Notes under the pieces: model-generated
Database searches by the model: none
The model's input: only the letters and a program-made list of their open reading frames with translations
Told to the model about the DNA's origin: nothing
From: the human T2T-CHM13v2.0 reference genome, Homo sapiens
Direction: 5' to 3' (one strand)
Assembly (NCBI RefSeq): GCF_009914755.1
Contig: NC_060925.1
Length of the DNA: 64,000 bases
Translations under genes and position numbers: made by a program
Shown here: positions 43,900 through 59,205 of the stretch, in pieces
How the letters are laid out: the number at the start of each line of letters is the position of its first letter
Position numbering within the stretch: position 1 is the first letter of the stretch

Positions 43900-44810
43900 A
43901 TTATGCTCCCAACCTTTTGAAAAATTTGTTATTCAAGGCATGTATCATTCAACTGTGCCACTGTGTTTCTCATCCTTGTTGCTGTCATTTACCAGTCTCT
44001 TGCTTACTTCTTATTCATCAAATATTTTGGCATCTGGCCCACAATGTTTCTCTATACTCTAAGCTCTGCATTCATCCTGGATGGTTTCAAATTCTATGTT
44101 AATGACTCATCTATCATCACTGCACCTCTGTTCTTTGACCATGTTATCTCCTATTCCCCTTTTGTTCATTCAGATGTCTAGTCTTGCCAAAGACCTTGTA
44201 ATATTCATTAACTGCTCAAGAATCACCAATGTGTGTGATTCTTTGATCACAATTTCCTCTCCTTTTTGCTTGCTTTTTAAATATTCCCATTATGATCATT
44301 CTTCATCAGAACCTCTCATCCATTTATCCATCAGTCCTCTCACTTTCATTTTTTCTTCTTAACCATTCTAGATTACTTGGTCCCAAAATTCCTTTGCACA
44401 TCTGCCTCTTTATCAAATCTCTCTAACAAAAATGTAACTCATGATAAACTCAGCTATGTGCTTTCTCAGTGCTTTCAGTCAAGAGCTAAGCACTGCTAGA
44501 GAAAGCTGCACAGAAGAACACTAGAAATTTACTATCATCAACCTCAAATGAGCTGTCAACATGACTTTACAGTTTTACCACATTTCTCTGATCAACTCTG
44601 TCTCTCATTCTTCACAAGTTCTATTTCATTTCTCTCTCTTTATACCTCTGACTTCTCCATTATCTCTCTCATTCTAAGCCATGATATTATGTCATATTTT
44701 ACAAGGAAAATAAAAGCTATCAGACAGGAACCCCTTTAACTTCTTCCTATTAAATGTTCACACCTACTGTATTTTAACTTGACCATCTTATTCTGTTATA
44801 ATAGAGGAGT
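43900..44810 (+). mobile_element. Decayed L2 ORF region
   Basis: Pyrimidine-rich L2-like sequence; boundaries uncertain. Confidence 0.45.
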
Positions 44811-45333
44811 TGTCTGTTATATTTATCTATTGTTCCATCATGCAGGACTCCTAAATTTAGCAGCTTAAAGAGTGACAACATTTATTTTACTTATGAAAGT
44901 AAGTAATTTGGGCAGAGCTCAGCTATGCACTCTATATGACATCAGCTATCTTAGCTCTGCTAATAAATCACTGCTATGGTTTATGGGGACTAGAAACACA
45001 TGAAGCCTTGCTCATTTACATGTTTCCCTGTTGATGCTGGCTGTACAGGTAATTTGAACCTTACCTGGGACTGTCAGCTGAAGCACCTACACATGACCTC
45101 TACATGTGGCTTGGGCCCCATATCATGTGGCTAAGTTCCAAGAAGGAGGGAGAGAGCCAGGTATAAGCTGTATCACCTTTTATGACCTAGCCTCCAAAGT
45201 CAAGCAGTGTCACTTCAGCTGCATTCTGTTTGTTAAGTGAGTCACTTAAATGAGTCTGTATCAAGGGAAGTTGAATTAGATTCTGCACTTTGATGGAAGG
45301 AGTTAGAAAAATTTGGGGACATGTAGAAATCAC
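44811..45333 (-). mobile_element. MLT1 (F-like) LTR
   Basis: TTAGCAGCTTAAA...ACATTTATT; CTTTTATGACCTAGCCTC...AAGTCA. Confidence 0.65.
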
Positions 45334-45945
45334 ATTGTACATCTTTCTCTGCAAGCCCAATCACTCCACTATTACTTTGGATCCCAACCCCTCCTGCTTT
45401 CCCAGGAGTCTTTGTATTCTTATCTTTTATATGTATAATAATATGTCTTCTCATTTATTTAAAAAACGTGTACCCCTTTTCCCTTCACTTTCAGTTTTCT
45501 CTTTGACCCTACTTTCTCTTTCCCTTTCTCATCGCTCACCTACTAAAGTGAACTGGCCTGTGATTTACAGTATGTGTGATCAAATCAGTTGACTTTGGTG
45601 CCCAGGCAGGTAATTTTAATGTGTCTTGGGTAAAACCTGAGACGAGAAGAAAGAAGAAAGAGAAAAATGTTCTTTTTCTGCTCTTGCTGTATTATAGTTA
45701 CTTACAATCAGGTTACAGAGAACTTAATCAGCTTTTAGAATATAACATGTTTGAATGTTGTGGTCTGCATATTAATATTTAAGTATTAACTTGAAGTTAT
45801 ATGAAGTATGTAACAACATAAAAAATGTCAAACTGGGTTACATGCACAACCTGGTTTAATATATAAGAACCTAATTTCTAAATACCTTTAGAATCTTTGA
45901 CCTAACAATTTCTTGGTTCTTTATGATTAGATTTAACTTTCTTGT

Positions 45946-46280
<335 letters not shown>

Positions 46281-47723
46281 TAGCATGAGAAATAAACACG
46301 TTAATGACTTCTTATCTTTAATCTTTATTGTACTCAGGGGCATCAGTGACCCAAAAATCTTCAAATGTTTTTTCGCAGTGATATCTGTAACAATAACAGT
46401 GGGAGCCATAGTGGAGGTAGAGTGGGCAGAAGGAAACTTTTTTGGTTTTTGTTATGATTGGTTTTTGTCGTAATCTACTTTATAATATTCTGTGTAGTAG
46501 AATTGAGAAACTATGTTACAGTAGTACTATTTTCAAGTAAAAATTTAATTGAAGTATACCATACATTTCAAAAGTATTCAAATCCTAATTTATAGGCTAA
46601 TGAATTTGATAAAGTGAACACCCATGTGAATTTTCACCCATACCAAGAAATAGAATATTACTGAAACCCCAGAAACTTCCCTCCTGCCTGTACCCAATCA
46701 TTGCTAGATTTAAAATGTGGAATACTGCATCATGTTTTCCTTTGTGACTGCCTTCTTTCACTTATGTATTTGTGACACTTATCCATGTTTTTGTCATAGC
46801 AGTGATTTATTAATTTTCACAGATATATATCATTGTATAAGTATAGCAAAACATATTTTTTCTATGGTTGATGTAAATTTGGGTTGTTTCCAGTTTGGAG
46901 CTCTTATAAATAATGCTTTGAACACACTTGTACATGATTTTTGGTAAATATATGTATGTTTTGGTGAATATGTATTTGATGAATATGTGTTATGTATACA
47001 CTCATACATACATGCATATATACATGCATATGTGTCTTTGTGTGTGCGTGAGAGAGAATGATGTTGAATTAATTGCTGGATTTCTGGGTCACAGATCATG
47101 TGGTTCTGGTAAATACCACCAAATAAATTTTCAGATTGGTTGAACCTGTTTCTAACCAGCAGTGCTTAGGGTTTTAGTCGCTCCACATCCTTCCCAAACT
47201 TGATGTTTTTCATATTTCTAATTATACCTATTCTGGTAAACATTTCCTGGTTATAATTTGTACATCCCTTATGACTGATAGTGTTGATCACTTTTTCATG
47301 TTGGTATTGGTCATTTGGATATCCTCTTTTTATAAAATGTTTTTTTTTTTTTCAGGTATTTCCCCATCCCTTTTTTTGTGGTATTCTGTTGTATTTTTCA
47401 AAAAAATTGATTTGTAGAGTTATTTAACATGGGTACAGGATTTTCCCCCCAGACGTATGTACTACAAATGTCTTCTTCCGTTTCATAGCTTGCCTTTTCA
47501 CTTTCTTAACGATGTCTCCTTCATACTGTTTAATAATTTTCAAACGTACAAATAATTTACAAATCATTTCCTTTATGATTTGTGTTTTGTTTGGCCTTCC
47601 TCGGTCTTCTTTAAGAAGTTCTCACTACCCTAGGGTCATAGATATTTTCCTATGTTAGGTTTAGAAGCTTTCCTTTGCCTTTCATATTTAGAACTACAGT
47701 CTGTCTGGAATCAAGTGTGTGCA

Positions 47724-47754
<31 letters not shown>

Positions 47755-49299
47755 GCGCTTCTGTGTGTGTGTGGTGAGGTAGGAGTCATTTGTTAATATC
47801 AGTATTTATTTGACACATCACCATTTAAAAGGAAAAAGAAATTGTCCCTTCCCCAAAGCACTGTAATGACATCTTTGTTATCAAAGGCTGAATATATCTG
47901 GTTTCCTTCTTTTCTGTTCCATTGGTTTTGTCTATTTTAGTGTCAGTACAAAACTGCATGAATTCATATAACTTTATAATAGAAGTCATCATAATCAGTA
48001 GTATAAATCCTAAAACTTCATATTTTACAAAAATTTTGAATATTCTTTATTTTTAAATCAGCTTGTCAATTTTCACATACATAATTATATACACGAACCT
48101 TATAGGAATCTTGAGATTGCATTGAATATAGAGTAGTTTGAGAAGAATTTTCATCTTTATGATATTGAATTTTTAAGTCCATTTATTTAGATCTACTTTA
48201 ACTTCTTTTAGTAATCTTTGTAATATTCTGTAACTTCTTTTAGTAGTGCTTTGTAATATGCTGTTTAAATTTTAAATATAATTTTAAAAATTACATTTAT
48301 TCTTAGTTTCACATGCTTTTTTGTTACTATAAAGGGTATCAGTGTCAAAGTTTTATCTTCTAATTTTTCATTGTGAGTATATAAGCATAGGGTTAGAAAT
48401 TTTATGCTGACCTATCTAGTGATCTTGCTAATTTTATTAACTGTAAGTTATTTATAGATACATTTAGATTTTACATATACACAAATCACTTTTTTGCTTA
48501 ATTTTGACAGTGTAAGTTTTTTCCTTTTAGTCCTTATACATTTTTTTTGCCTTATTGCACTGATTAGGACTTGCAATACAGTAGTACATAGAAATCATGA
48601 TAACAGCCACACTTGTCATATTCCTGGTGTCACTGGAAAGCTTTCAATATTTTGGAACCAGGCAGAAAATTTTTAAGATATCCTGTTATCTGTTTAAGGA
48701 AGGTTTCTTCTATTCCTGGTTTGCTAATTATTTTTCCTTTGAGAATGGGTATTTAATTTTATCAAATGTTATTTCTGCGTCTGTGAGTTTTGAATCTTAA
48801 ATTAATATTGCATACCTGGAATAAACCCATTCTGGTTGCAATATATTGTCCATTTCATATCCTTTTTTAATGTAATAGTGAATTTGGTTTGCTAAAATGT
48901 CTCAGTGTGTTTTCTTTTTATCATTATTCCATTGTTTTTTCTTTGACTAATGGCTACATTGGTTAGTTTTCAAATATTTGGGGGTTTTTAGCTTAGTTTC
49001 ACTGTGTTCAGAGAACATGTTTGGAATGATTTCAGTTCTTTGAAGTTTGTTGATACTTGCCTTATGGGTCACCTTTATAGCCATATACAGTAGTCATTTG
49101 TAAATGTTCCAATGACTTTTGAAGAGACTGTCTATTCTGCTTTCGTTGCCTACATGTACTCTCTCTCACACACACATACACATACACACACTAAGACAAT
49201 TAATTCACACTGAATTCAAGGTATTCTGTATCATGTTATATTTCTTTAGAGAGGACTTATTTTACTTCTGGTGTGATTCAATATTATTTTTACTAATTG

Positions 49300-49630
49300 C
49301 AGTCATGTGGTATGTAACAACATTTCAGTCAAAAACATACTGAATATACAATCATGGTTCCAAAAATTATACTACTTCATTTTTAATGTACTTTTTATAT
49401 GTTTAGATACACAAATACCATTGTATTACAACTGCCTACAGAATTCAGTTAGTAACATGCAGTATAGGATTGTAGCCTAGGAGCAATAGGCTATCCATAT
49501 AGCTTAGATATGTAGTAAGCTATACGATCTAGGTTTATGTAAGTGCACTCTATGATGTTCGTACAGTGACGAGATTGCCTAATGACACATTTCTCAGAAT
49601 GTATCCCTGGCATTAAGTGACACATGACTG
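49300..49630 (-). mobile_element. Tigger3a/MER7A MITE
   Basis: TIRs CAGTCATGTG...CACATGACTG followed by TA. Confidence 0.8.
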
Positions 49631-51920
49631 TATTTAACACTCCATCATGCATTATTATTATTGTTCAGGGCCCTCAATATTTATATTTATCCCATATTTG
49701 CTGTTTTTTTTTTTTTTGCGCTTATTCCTTCATGCATTCTCTGGTCTAAGTTACTTGTGCCATAAATAAGTCTTGTGTAAAGGTGTCCTAGTGATGAATT
49801 ATGTCAGTTTTTATTTATCTGGATTTGTGTATTTTTTACCTTCACTTTTTCAGGATATATTTTATAAGTATGGAATTTTAGGTTGAGAATTACTTTCTTT
49901 GAACACTTTGAAGATGTTTCATCATGTTTTGTTTTCCATTGTTTTGTTGAGAAATCAGCTGTTAGTCTCAGTGTTGCTTTATGAAGGTAGTATATCTTTT
50001 TTTTTCTTTGGTTGCTTTGAGATTTTCTCTTTGCCTTTGGTTTTCAGCAGTTTCACAATATGCCTAGGTGATTTTATTCCCCCTACTTTCTGTTTGCAAC
50101 TTTTTAGAATCATGGCTCAAAATGTTTCATTTATTTAAGACAGTTTTCAATAAGCATATCTTAATATGTTGCCTCTATCCCGTCTTTTCTTTCCTATTCT
50201 TCTGAGATACCAATTACATGTATATGTAAAATTTCTGATATATAATTTCAATTATTATATTTTTAATCTCTAGATTTTCCAGTTGATTTTTGAGTTTCTA
50301 CTTGTAAATTTTTCTACTCATTTATATTTTTGTACAAATTAATCATAGCTATATTAAAGTTCATGTCTGAATTTACAATTTTTATTACCAGTGTGTTTTT
50401 CTATGGTATGTTTGTTCTCTTATTTTTGGTTATTTGGTCTTATCTTTTGGCATGCCTAGGAATCTTTAATTGAATGTATTTTGTATCATGTTATATTTCT
50501 TAAGAGAGGACTTATTTTGGCTGATGGTTAGAGTTGGGTCAGATTGTGTTGATCCATCAACAATTAAGATGACTTGTTGGCTGTTCTCAGTCTTTGTGAG
50601 GCTTGGTCTATTTCCTATTCTTACTCCTATCGATGGAGCCTTTCAGTGGTTTTGACTGAAGGCCTGGTGGTGTTTATCAGGGCCCTACCTCATGCTAGCC
50701 CTGAACTTCAATTTTTCTTTCCTCACTGTGAGATTACTGAAATATTTGCTTAGTTTTCTAATCTCCTAAAAAGGTGCTTCTCACTATCTGTTCTTTAGTG
50801 TCATGCCTTAGGTATCTTAAACATCTGAATGCTTCAAGAAGAAAAAGTAGTACAGAATGTTGGGATTTTTATTTCTGGTTTCTTGGCCCTAAAGTCTCTG
50901 AATTCCATTTTTTTCCCTTGTCAGCCAAGTGTAATGTTGAATATTTGAGCCTTAGCTTTTTGCATGTCCTTTCTACCAATTGAGGAAATGCCCTGAGGGC
51001 AAAAGCTGTAAAGAATCTTGATCTCTAATCATTTCCCATCTTTTCAGGACCTTGGTGTTCCTCAAAACCTGCTGACTCCTTTGCTAATACTTTCAAACAA
51101 CTCTTACCCCATTCCTACCAATATTTATGTTATTTTAACAAGAGTTTTTTTTATATATCACTTTATTGAAGCAGAAATCCCTTGATAGTATTTTTTCTTT
51201 TTGTAAATCTGTGCAATGAATCATAGTATAAAGTGTGCACATTTTTAAGCTTATAGATTGAAGAGGGTTTACAAATGAATTCCTCATATAATCGTGACTA
51301 GATCAATATATGCAAATTAACAGCATTCTAGAAGGTTCCCTTGTCCCTCCAGAGTCAATAAGCATGCTTCCCTCAGATGTAACCACTATTCTTATTTCTG
51401 TCACCATATATTAGTTTCGCCTGTTTTTGAGCTTTACTTAAGTAGAATAACAATTATACTGTTTTATATCTGGGATTTTAATTTCAACATTGTTTGCAAA
51501 ATTTAGTCCTGTTGCTGAAGGTAGGGTTCTTTACTTTTTGTTAATGTATAGTGTTCCATGGTGTGAATACACAATTTATTTTTTCTTTCTACATTTGATG
51601 GTAATTGGGTTGTTTTCCAGTTTGGGACTATTATGACTAGAACTTCTGTGAACATTGTTGACCATTTTTGTGCATTTTCATACACACCTATACTCATTTC
51701 TGTTAGGTATATACCTATAAATGGAATACTGTCATAAAGTATATGTATCTGTAGATACATTAGTAGATAGTATCTACATTAGTAGATACTATCAAACTGT
51801 TTTCGAAAGAGGTTATACCAATTTGCACTCACAGTAGCAGTGTAGGAGAGTTTCCATTGCCCCACATCTTCACCATCCTTGGTATTGACAGGTATTGTTT
51901 TGTTTTAGCCATTTTGGTGT

Positions 51921-52490
51921 GTGTATTAATAAGGGTTCTCCAGAGAAACAGAACCAATAGGAGGGGTGTGTGTGGGGAGAAAGATTATTTCTATAATAAA
52001 TCTCCTCTTACATACATATATACTTATTATGGAAATTGACTCATGATTATGGAGGCTGATAAGTCATATAATCAAGTTGGGGAACCAGGAAACCTGGTGC
52101 TGTAACTTAGTCTAAGTCCAAAGACCTGAGGAAAGGGGAGAGAAAATGGTTTAAGTCCTGGGCTGAGTCTGAAGACCAAAGAACCAGGAGCACTGACGTC
52201 CAATAGCAGGAGAAGGTAGATATTCCAGTCTTAAAAGAAAAGAAAAAACAAAAACAAAAACAAAACGTGCGAATTTGCCCTTTCTCCACCTTTTTGTTAT
52301 ATTCAGGCCCTCAATACATTGGATAATGCTCATCCACATTATTAAGGTCGGTCTTCTTTATTCAGCCTGCTGATTCAAATGCTAATCTCTTACAGAAACA
52401 TTCTCACAAACACGCCCAGAAATAATGTTTACCAGCTATCTGGGCATCCCTTAGTCTAGTCAAGTTGACACATAAAATTAACCACCATAG
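51921..52490 (-). mobile_element. MLT2 (D-like) LTR
   Basis: GGGTTCTCCAGAGAAACAGAACCAATAGG...AAGTTGACACATAAAATTAACCA. Confidence 0.85.
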
Positions 52491-54454
52491 TGGGTGTATA
52501 TCAGGATATAATTATGCTTTTAATTTTTGTTTCCCTGATGATTAATCATGTTGAACACGTTTTTATATGCTTATTGGGTTATTCAGATATCCTTTTTTAG
52601 ATGTAATGCCTATTACCTTAAATTAAATCTTTTGCCTATTTTTCTACTGGGAAAAGAAAATAGGAGTTATTATTTTGCAGAAATGTTATACGTACGCATA
52701 GTTTATGAATATAAATAAAAATATTTTCTCCAAGTCTATGGGTTGCATTTTATTCTCTTAGTTATATATTTTGATGAACACAGCTTTTAATCTCAATATA
52801 CTGAGAGTACTAACTTTTTACATAGCCCATTTTGTTTCCCTTTTAACAAATCTTTGCCTACTCCAAGTTCATGAAGATAGTTTCTTTTGTTCTTCTAAAA
52901 GACCTATTATCTTTGTCACATTTAGGTCTGCTTGCATGTCTCAGAGCAGTAGAAAGCAATATTATCAGTTGTGAGGAAGAATTATGGGAAAAGTGTTGGA
53001 AGTTTGGTAAAGAGGAGAAGGTATAAAAGTCATCTAGAAGAGTGGGAGATTGGATGGACTAGGGGAGTACAATATGATTGCCAGATAACAGTAAATATAC
53101 TCTTGAGGTTTCTGGTTATGAACTTCAAATCATAAAAAGTTAAGAGTAGTTTGTTTTTCTCCAGTCTTACCCAGCTGCACAAGTGCAGGCACAGTGTAGG
53201 TATAGAGATTTCACCAGGGTTCTGGTTTTGCCAAGCAAGTATAGACAAAACGAGAGAGAGGCAAGTGGCTGAAAATGTATGCTGGAAGTGATTATAATGC
53301 TCGGCTTTGGAATTTGTGCATTTTAAGGAGGAAAAAAGATAATATTTGGGGTATCAAGGATCCTGAAAAGGATTAGAGATCCTGGTAAGGTTTAAAGATT
53401 GTTGAAGTTGAGATCTTAAAAGAGAGTGAGCTAAAAAGATAGAACATGGTTAGAGAGAAAGGGTAGAATGAAATGGGCTAAGGGTATGATCTTTGGAGTC
53501 AATGGCTAAGACAGGGTAGGGTGGGAATGTACATATTAAATGAATTTAGATATTGTATTAGAAAGGTTAGAGGATATACATATTCGATGAATGTGTATAT
53601 CTTCAATTAACTACAAATAATCCAATTTTATTTGTAGTGTTAAGTATAGTAAGAAATATAAGTACAATACCTGTTTAAAAATTTTACAAAATATTTTAGC
53701 AAAGTACTTTTTAAAACTTTAATTTTTAACTTAATGTAATTTTCAGGTAAAAGGATAATATATTCAGTGCATTTTAATGGCATGAGTTTTTAATTAATGT
53801 TGTATAGTCGAAGACATAGTAGTATGTTAGTTTATATATTTTCTAGAATAACATATTTCAGTTTAAATATGTATTTATTTTTGAATTTAAAATATTCATG
53901 TTTGAATGGTTAAATGAGAATGTACCCTTATTTCTGTGGAAATATAGCTTTTATTAACAGCAAATATAAATATATCTAATTGAGAAAGTAATTGAATTGT
54001 TCCCCCCCCTTTTTTAATTAAATGAATATCCTTTGAGAATTTAGGAGCTAGCTACTTAGGGGACCAGAAGCTACTTACCTGGGCACTTAATATTATTAAC
54101 CTGGTATATGGATCACATTGACATCCAGAAAGTAAAAAATATTCTCAAAGAAGCAATAATAGACATAACAGAGGATTTGTATCATAATTCACGCAGTTAC
54201 TTTCAGATTTTTCTCTTTTGCAAAATAGAAATAGTTTCTAGTTGTGAGGTTTAGAAATCCTATGTAATGTATTACTCTTGGTACCGAGAAGATGCTCAAT
54301 AAATAGTAGCTATTGTTTTTAAGGGAAATCCTTAAGCATGGTCTATATAGATTAGGCTCATTTTAACAAGTTATTTGAATTGTCAGTCTGTGGACAACTA
54401 GAAACAACAAATTCATCCACTGGGAGTAATTTTATATTAGATTGTAGGGAACTT

Positions 54455-54823
54455 TATATTTGTCCATTTTCACACTGCTGTAAAGATACGAGACTGGGTA
54501 ATTAATAAAGGAAAGAGGTTTTATTGACTCACAGTTCCACATGGCCAGAGAGGCCTCAGGAAACTTACATTCATGGTAGAAGGGAAAGCAGACATCTTCT
54601 TCACAAGGTGACAGGAGAGAGTGTGAGCACATGAAGGAAGAACTGTCAAACACTTATAAAACTGTCAGATCTCGTGAGAACTCAGTCACTGTTATGAGAA
54701 CAGCATGGGGAAAACCTCTCCCATGATCCAATCACTTCCCACTGGGTCCCTCCCTCAACACGTGGGGATTATGGCAATACAATTCAAGACAAGATTTGAG
54801 TGGGGACACAGCCAGACCATATC
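54455..54823 (-). mobile_element. THE1D/MSTA-type MaLR LTR
   Basis: GAGACTGGGTAATT...GACTCACAGTTCCACATGG...GGGGACACAGCCAGACCATATCA. Confidence 0.85.
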
Positions 54824-55164
54824 AAATATATTTATATTCATATCCTCAGGATCATCAAGAATAAAAAGATATAAAAGTGAATGGGGACATTTTAGAAAGT
54901 TATTCACCAAAACTTTAATAATTATAAAAAGTGGCTTTTATCTCAGAATAACCCTATGTAGTAAGAATACTGAGGCTTAGAGAAGATAAGATCACACATT
55001 TAATGGCAGAATTTTGAATGATGCAAACTCCATCAGTCTGATTCTAGGCCCTCTGCTCATAAGCACCATATTATACCATTTCCCTAACACAGTGAGGAAA
55101 ATTTTCTTTTAAAAATTATGTACTTAAAACTCATCAAATCTGAAGGACCTTAGAAGATCTATCT

Positions 55165-55420
55165 ACCTACCTATCAAGTTTGTAGAGTATTACATAGCTT
55201 TTTCTATGTGTCAGGCACTGTTATCAATCCTATAACAACTCATTTAATCTTTACAACTCTTTGAGGTGGGAACCATGATTGTTCTTATTTTATACAAGAG
55301 GTAACTGAGGCATAGATTAAGTAACTTGTCCAAAGCCACACAGTTAAAAAGTAGGCAAGCTAGGACTTGAACCCAAACAGTGACTCTAGAGTGTTGTTAA
55401 CCGTGCCATATTGACTGCCT
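55165..55420 (-). mobile_element. MIR
   Basis: TGTGTCAGGCACTG...AACTGAGGCATAG...AAGTAACTTGTCCAA. Confidence 0.75.
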
Positions 55421-55509
55421 TTCTAAAAATTTGTGAAGTTTTTACTTCATTTAGTTTTCTCCTTATTATAATCTTTTCAATGATAAGAAACTCATTACGC
55501 TGTAAGGCT

Positions 55510-55905
55510 ATGTGCCAGTCAGAGTTACACCAGAGAAACAGAACCAGTAGGATATATCGGAAGAGATATATTGCAAGAAATTGACTTATTGATTGTGGTG
55601 GCTGGCTAGGTAAGTCTAAAATCTATAGGGCAATCTGCAATGAAGGGCAAGCTGGACCTCTCAATCACAGGCTGAAGCTGTACTTTACAGGCTGAGTTTC
55701 TTCTTCTGGGAAGCTTCAGTTCTGCTCTTAAGGGCTTTCAACTGATTGAGTCAGATCCACCCAAATTATCTATGGTAATCTCCTTTACTTGAAGTAAACT
55801 GACTGTGGACTTTAGTCACATCTACAAAATACCTTCACAGCAACACCTAGATCAGTGTTGAATAACTAACGACTATACCCTAGCCAAGTTGACACATAAA
55901 AATGT
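55510..55905 (-). mobile_element. MLT2-type LTR (old)
   Basis: CCAGAGAAACAGAACCAGTAGG...CCAAGTTGACACATAAAA. Confidence 0.7.
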
Positions 55906-56564
55906 CCTGTAGGCATATTTTTTCCTTAAGCCCTGACAGGTTTGGGGGTTGGTGGTTCATTTTCCCAAGCCAGAAATGGAACTTCCTACTTTCTTTTTAA
56001 CTTACATTTATTACTCATTCTTATCACCTCCTCATCTCCCATTACCACAGCCAAAAAAGATTTCAGGTGTTTTTCAATAGAAGGCATATATAACCTTTAA
56101 AGCAAAATTATAAATACAAGAGCCTTGAAATCAAAGGCAAGAAGATGGTTGAACCAATAAACCGATGTTGAAGCTAGTTACTGTATTTGAGCATAAAATT
56201 TAGCACTACATGGTGAGGATACAGTATAAAGCCACTTTCCTAGTGCCAAATTGTAACAGGAATTTAATCTATCTAAATACAGGGAGCAGTGATTTACATA
56301 ATAAATGAGATAATTATTATTTAATAAAGATTTAGAGAATTCTCTAGATTCCTGTGTTCAAGAAGGAGGGCCTCAAAGCTGCCTGCAGTTATATTTTTAT
56401 GATAATTATTTATTACTATCTCATGACTTAAAAATTTTCTTAACAAGTAAAATAACTACCTTTTAAAAAATACTGTAAGACCCTTTGCTATGACCTCAGA
56501 TAATTTAAAGTGATGTCTCACAGACCTTTATTTAGACCGAAAGGCTTATAAAAATTTTGTGTGT

Positions 56565-56895
<331 letters not shown>

Positions 56896-57615
56896 TCACG
56901 TTACTCTAAATTAGACAGTTGGGGTTTTTAGAAATCTTAAGGACTTGTCCCATAGCAGTCTTATGTGAGGCCCAAGGTAGAGAAAGCCCTCTCCAAAGGG
57001 AATGTGGATGTGGCTTTTTGTCTCTTGGAATATATTAGAATTTGATAATATGAGAAACCCACAGAGTTTTAAAAGAAATTGTATTAATGTTGATTGAAAG
57101 GGTCAGAGATAATTAATAAGGAAAAAAGTGTACGGGCCCTCACCTACTGTGGAAAGGAAGCAGGCTGAAAAGCTACTCACCTCTTCACATAGGCCATTTC
57201 ATGTGAAAGAATGATTGAGAGAGGGCAGCCAAGAAGCCAGAGAGTACAGCTAAGAGACAAGGAGAACTACTCTCAGGACTAATCAAGGAATGAGTGACAT
57301 GTGCCCAACTGGACTTTAGAATTGCTATTGATGAGGGAGTGTTTATACCTCTTGTTTTCCCTCTTTTTGAATGGGAGTATCCATTGCAATTTCTATTCCT
57401 ATCTCACCATCGTGTATTGGGCAGATAACTTGTCTCTTTAGTTCACAAGTCTTTAGATTAAGAGAAACTAAGTATGAGGAGTTGCACTCAGGAAACTGGA
57501 TCTGAGAGGCCTCATCTATACCTGCATTTGATTTAGATTACATCCTGGACCTTAGGATAAGGCTTCTTGGGGTCTTGGAAGGAGTAAAGTATATTTTGAA
57601 AATGGAGGAGTATTC

Positions 57616-58220
57616 TGTGACAAAGTGAAGATGGCTACAAATTCTTAACCACCCTTTTCATCTAGAAGCATAGCATATTTCTTCATTCCACTGAATCTGG
57701 GCTGGGTTTCTCATTGCTTTAACCAGTATAATATGGTGGATGTGATGCTAGATCCGTTACAGGGTTGAGGCTCTGTCCTCTTTTAAGCGAACTGCTATGC
57801 AAGAAGTCTGACTATTCTGAGACCAACATGCTGTTCAAAGCCCAACTAGCCACTTAGAGAGAAAGAGACAGAGAGATGGGGTGTGGGGGTGGGGGGTAGA
57901 GAAAGAAAGAGAGAGATTGGTAGCACTAGATAAGGTGAATTATTTCATGGGCCTTTTAGTCAGCCCAGCCTTCAGCTGAAGACAGATGAGAGAGTGACTC
58001 AGCAAACAGTGTGAAGTGAGCCAGCAGACCTATGACCTCATTTGGGCTGTTCCAGCTTCTCGCAGCTGTTGAGCCACCCAGCTTAGACCCCAGACATTGT
58101 GGTATGGAGATGAACAGTTCCTACTGTGTGTTGCCCAAATTCTTGACCCAGAAAATTGTGAGCAAAATATGGTGATTGTTTGAAAACTAAGTTTGTTACA
58201 TAACACAGATAACTGAAACA
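57616..58220 (+). mobile_element. MLT1 (G-like) LTR, probably preceded by MaLR internal sequence (~56900-57615)
   Basis: TGTG...AAGATGGCTACAAATTCTT start after a purine tract; CAGATAACTGAAACA end. Confidence 0.7.
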
Positions 58221-58287
58221 CAAGTAGAAAAATTCTATCACCTGCCCAACCTCACAGAGCCAGTAAGAACTAGTGTTCTCCCCTTCC

Positions 58288-59205
58288 CTTTTATTTTTAG
58301 TTGACACATAATAATTGTACATATTTATAGGATACAGAGTAATATTTTGATACATATGTAATGTGTAATGATCAAATCAGGGTAATTAGTATTTCCTTAC
58401 CATAAACATTTATCATTTCTTTGTGTTAGGAACATTTAAATCCTCTCTTGTACTTGAAAATGTACAGTAAATTATTGTAAATTATAGTCACCATACAGTG
58501 CTATGGAGCACTAGACCTTACTTTTCCTATCTAGCTGTGATTTTTTATCAGTTAACCTCTCTCTAATCTGTAGTAACCCACAATTATCTAATTCTCTTCC
58601 CAACTTTTAATAACCACAATTCTCCTATCTACTTGTATGAGCTCCACTTTTAAAAGCTCCCTCATATGGGTGAGAACATATGGTATTTTTCTTTCTGTAC
58701 CTGACTGATTTCACTTAACATAACATCCTCTAGGCTCATCCATGTTGCCACAAATAACAGGATTTCATTCTTTGTTATGTCTAAATAGTAGGTCATTGTT
58801 TATATACATATATATACACTTTCTTTTTCTGTTAATCTGTTGATAGATGTTTAGGTTGATTCCATATCTTGATTATTGTGAATAGTGCTGCAATAAACAT
58901 GGGGTGCAGATGTCTCTTCAATATACTGATTTCCTTCCGTTTGCATTAATAGCCAGCATTGGGATTGCTGGATTATATCTTCTATTTTTAGTTTTTTGAG
59001 GAAGCTTCCATACTGTTCCATAATGGCTGTACTAATTTACATTCTCACTAAAAGTATATGAGAGTTCCCTTTCTCTGCATCCAAAAAGACTATTGTCTTT
59101 TTAACAATAGTCATTCAAACCGAGGTGAGATGGCTTTCATTTGCATCTCCCTCATGATTAGTGATGTTGAGCATTTTTTCATATACCTGTGGCCATTTGT
59201 ATGTA
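58288..59205 (-). mobile_element. L1MA-type 3' end
   Basis: TTGACACATAATAATTGTACATATTTAT...GATCAAATCAGGGTAATTAG. Confidence 0.8.

Larger units (their letters stand above)
46540..52930 (-). mobile_element. Cluster of old L1M/L1ME fragments with nested insertions
   Basis: Antisense L1 3'UTR/ORF2 remnants (ALFIRAPNWKQPK, 46830-47099); second 3' end near 51190; boundaries approximate. Confidence 0.7.
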
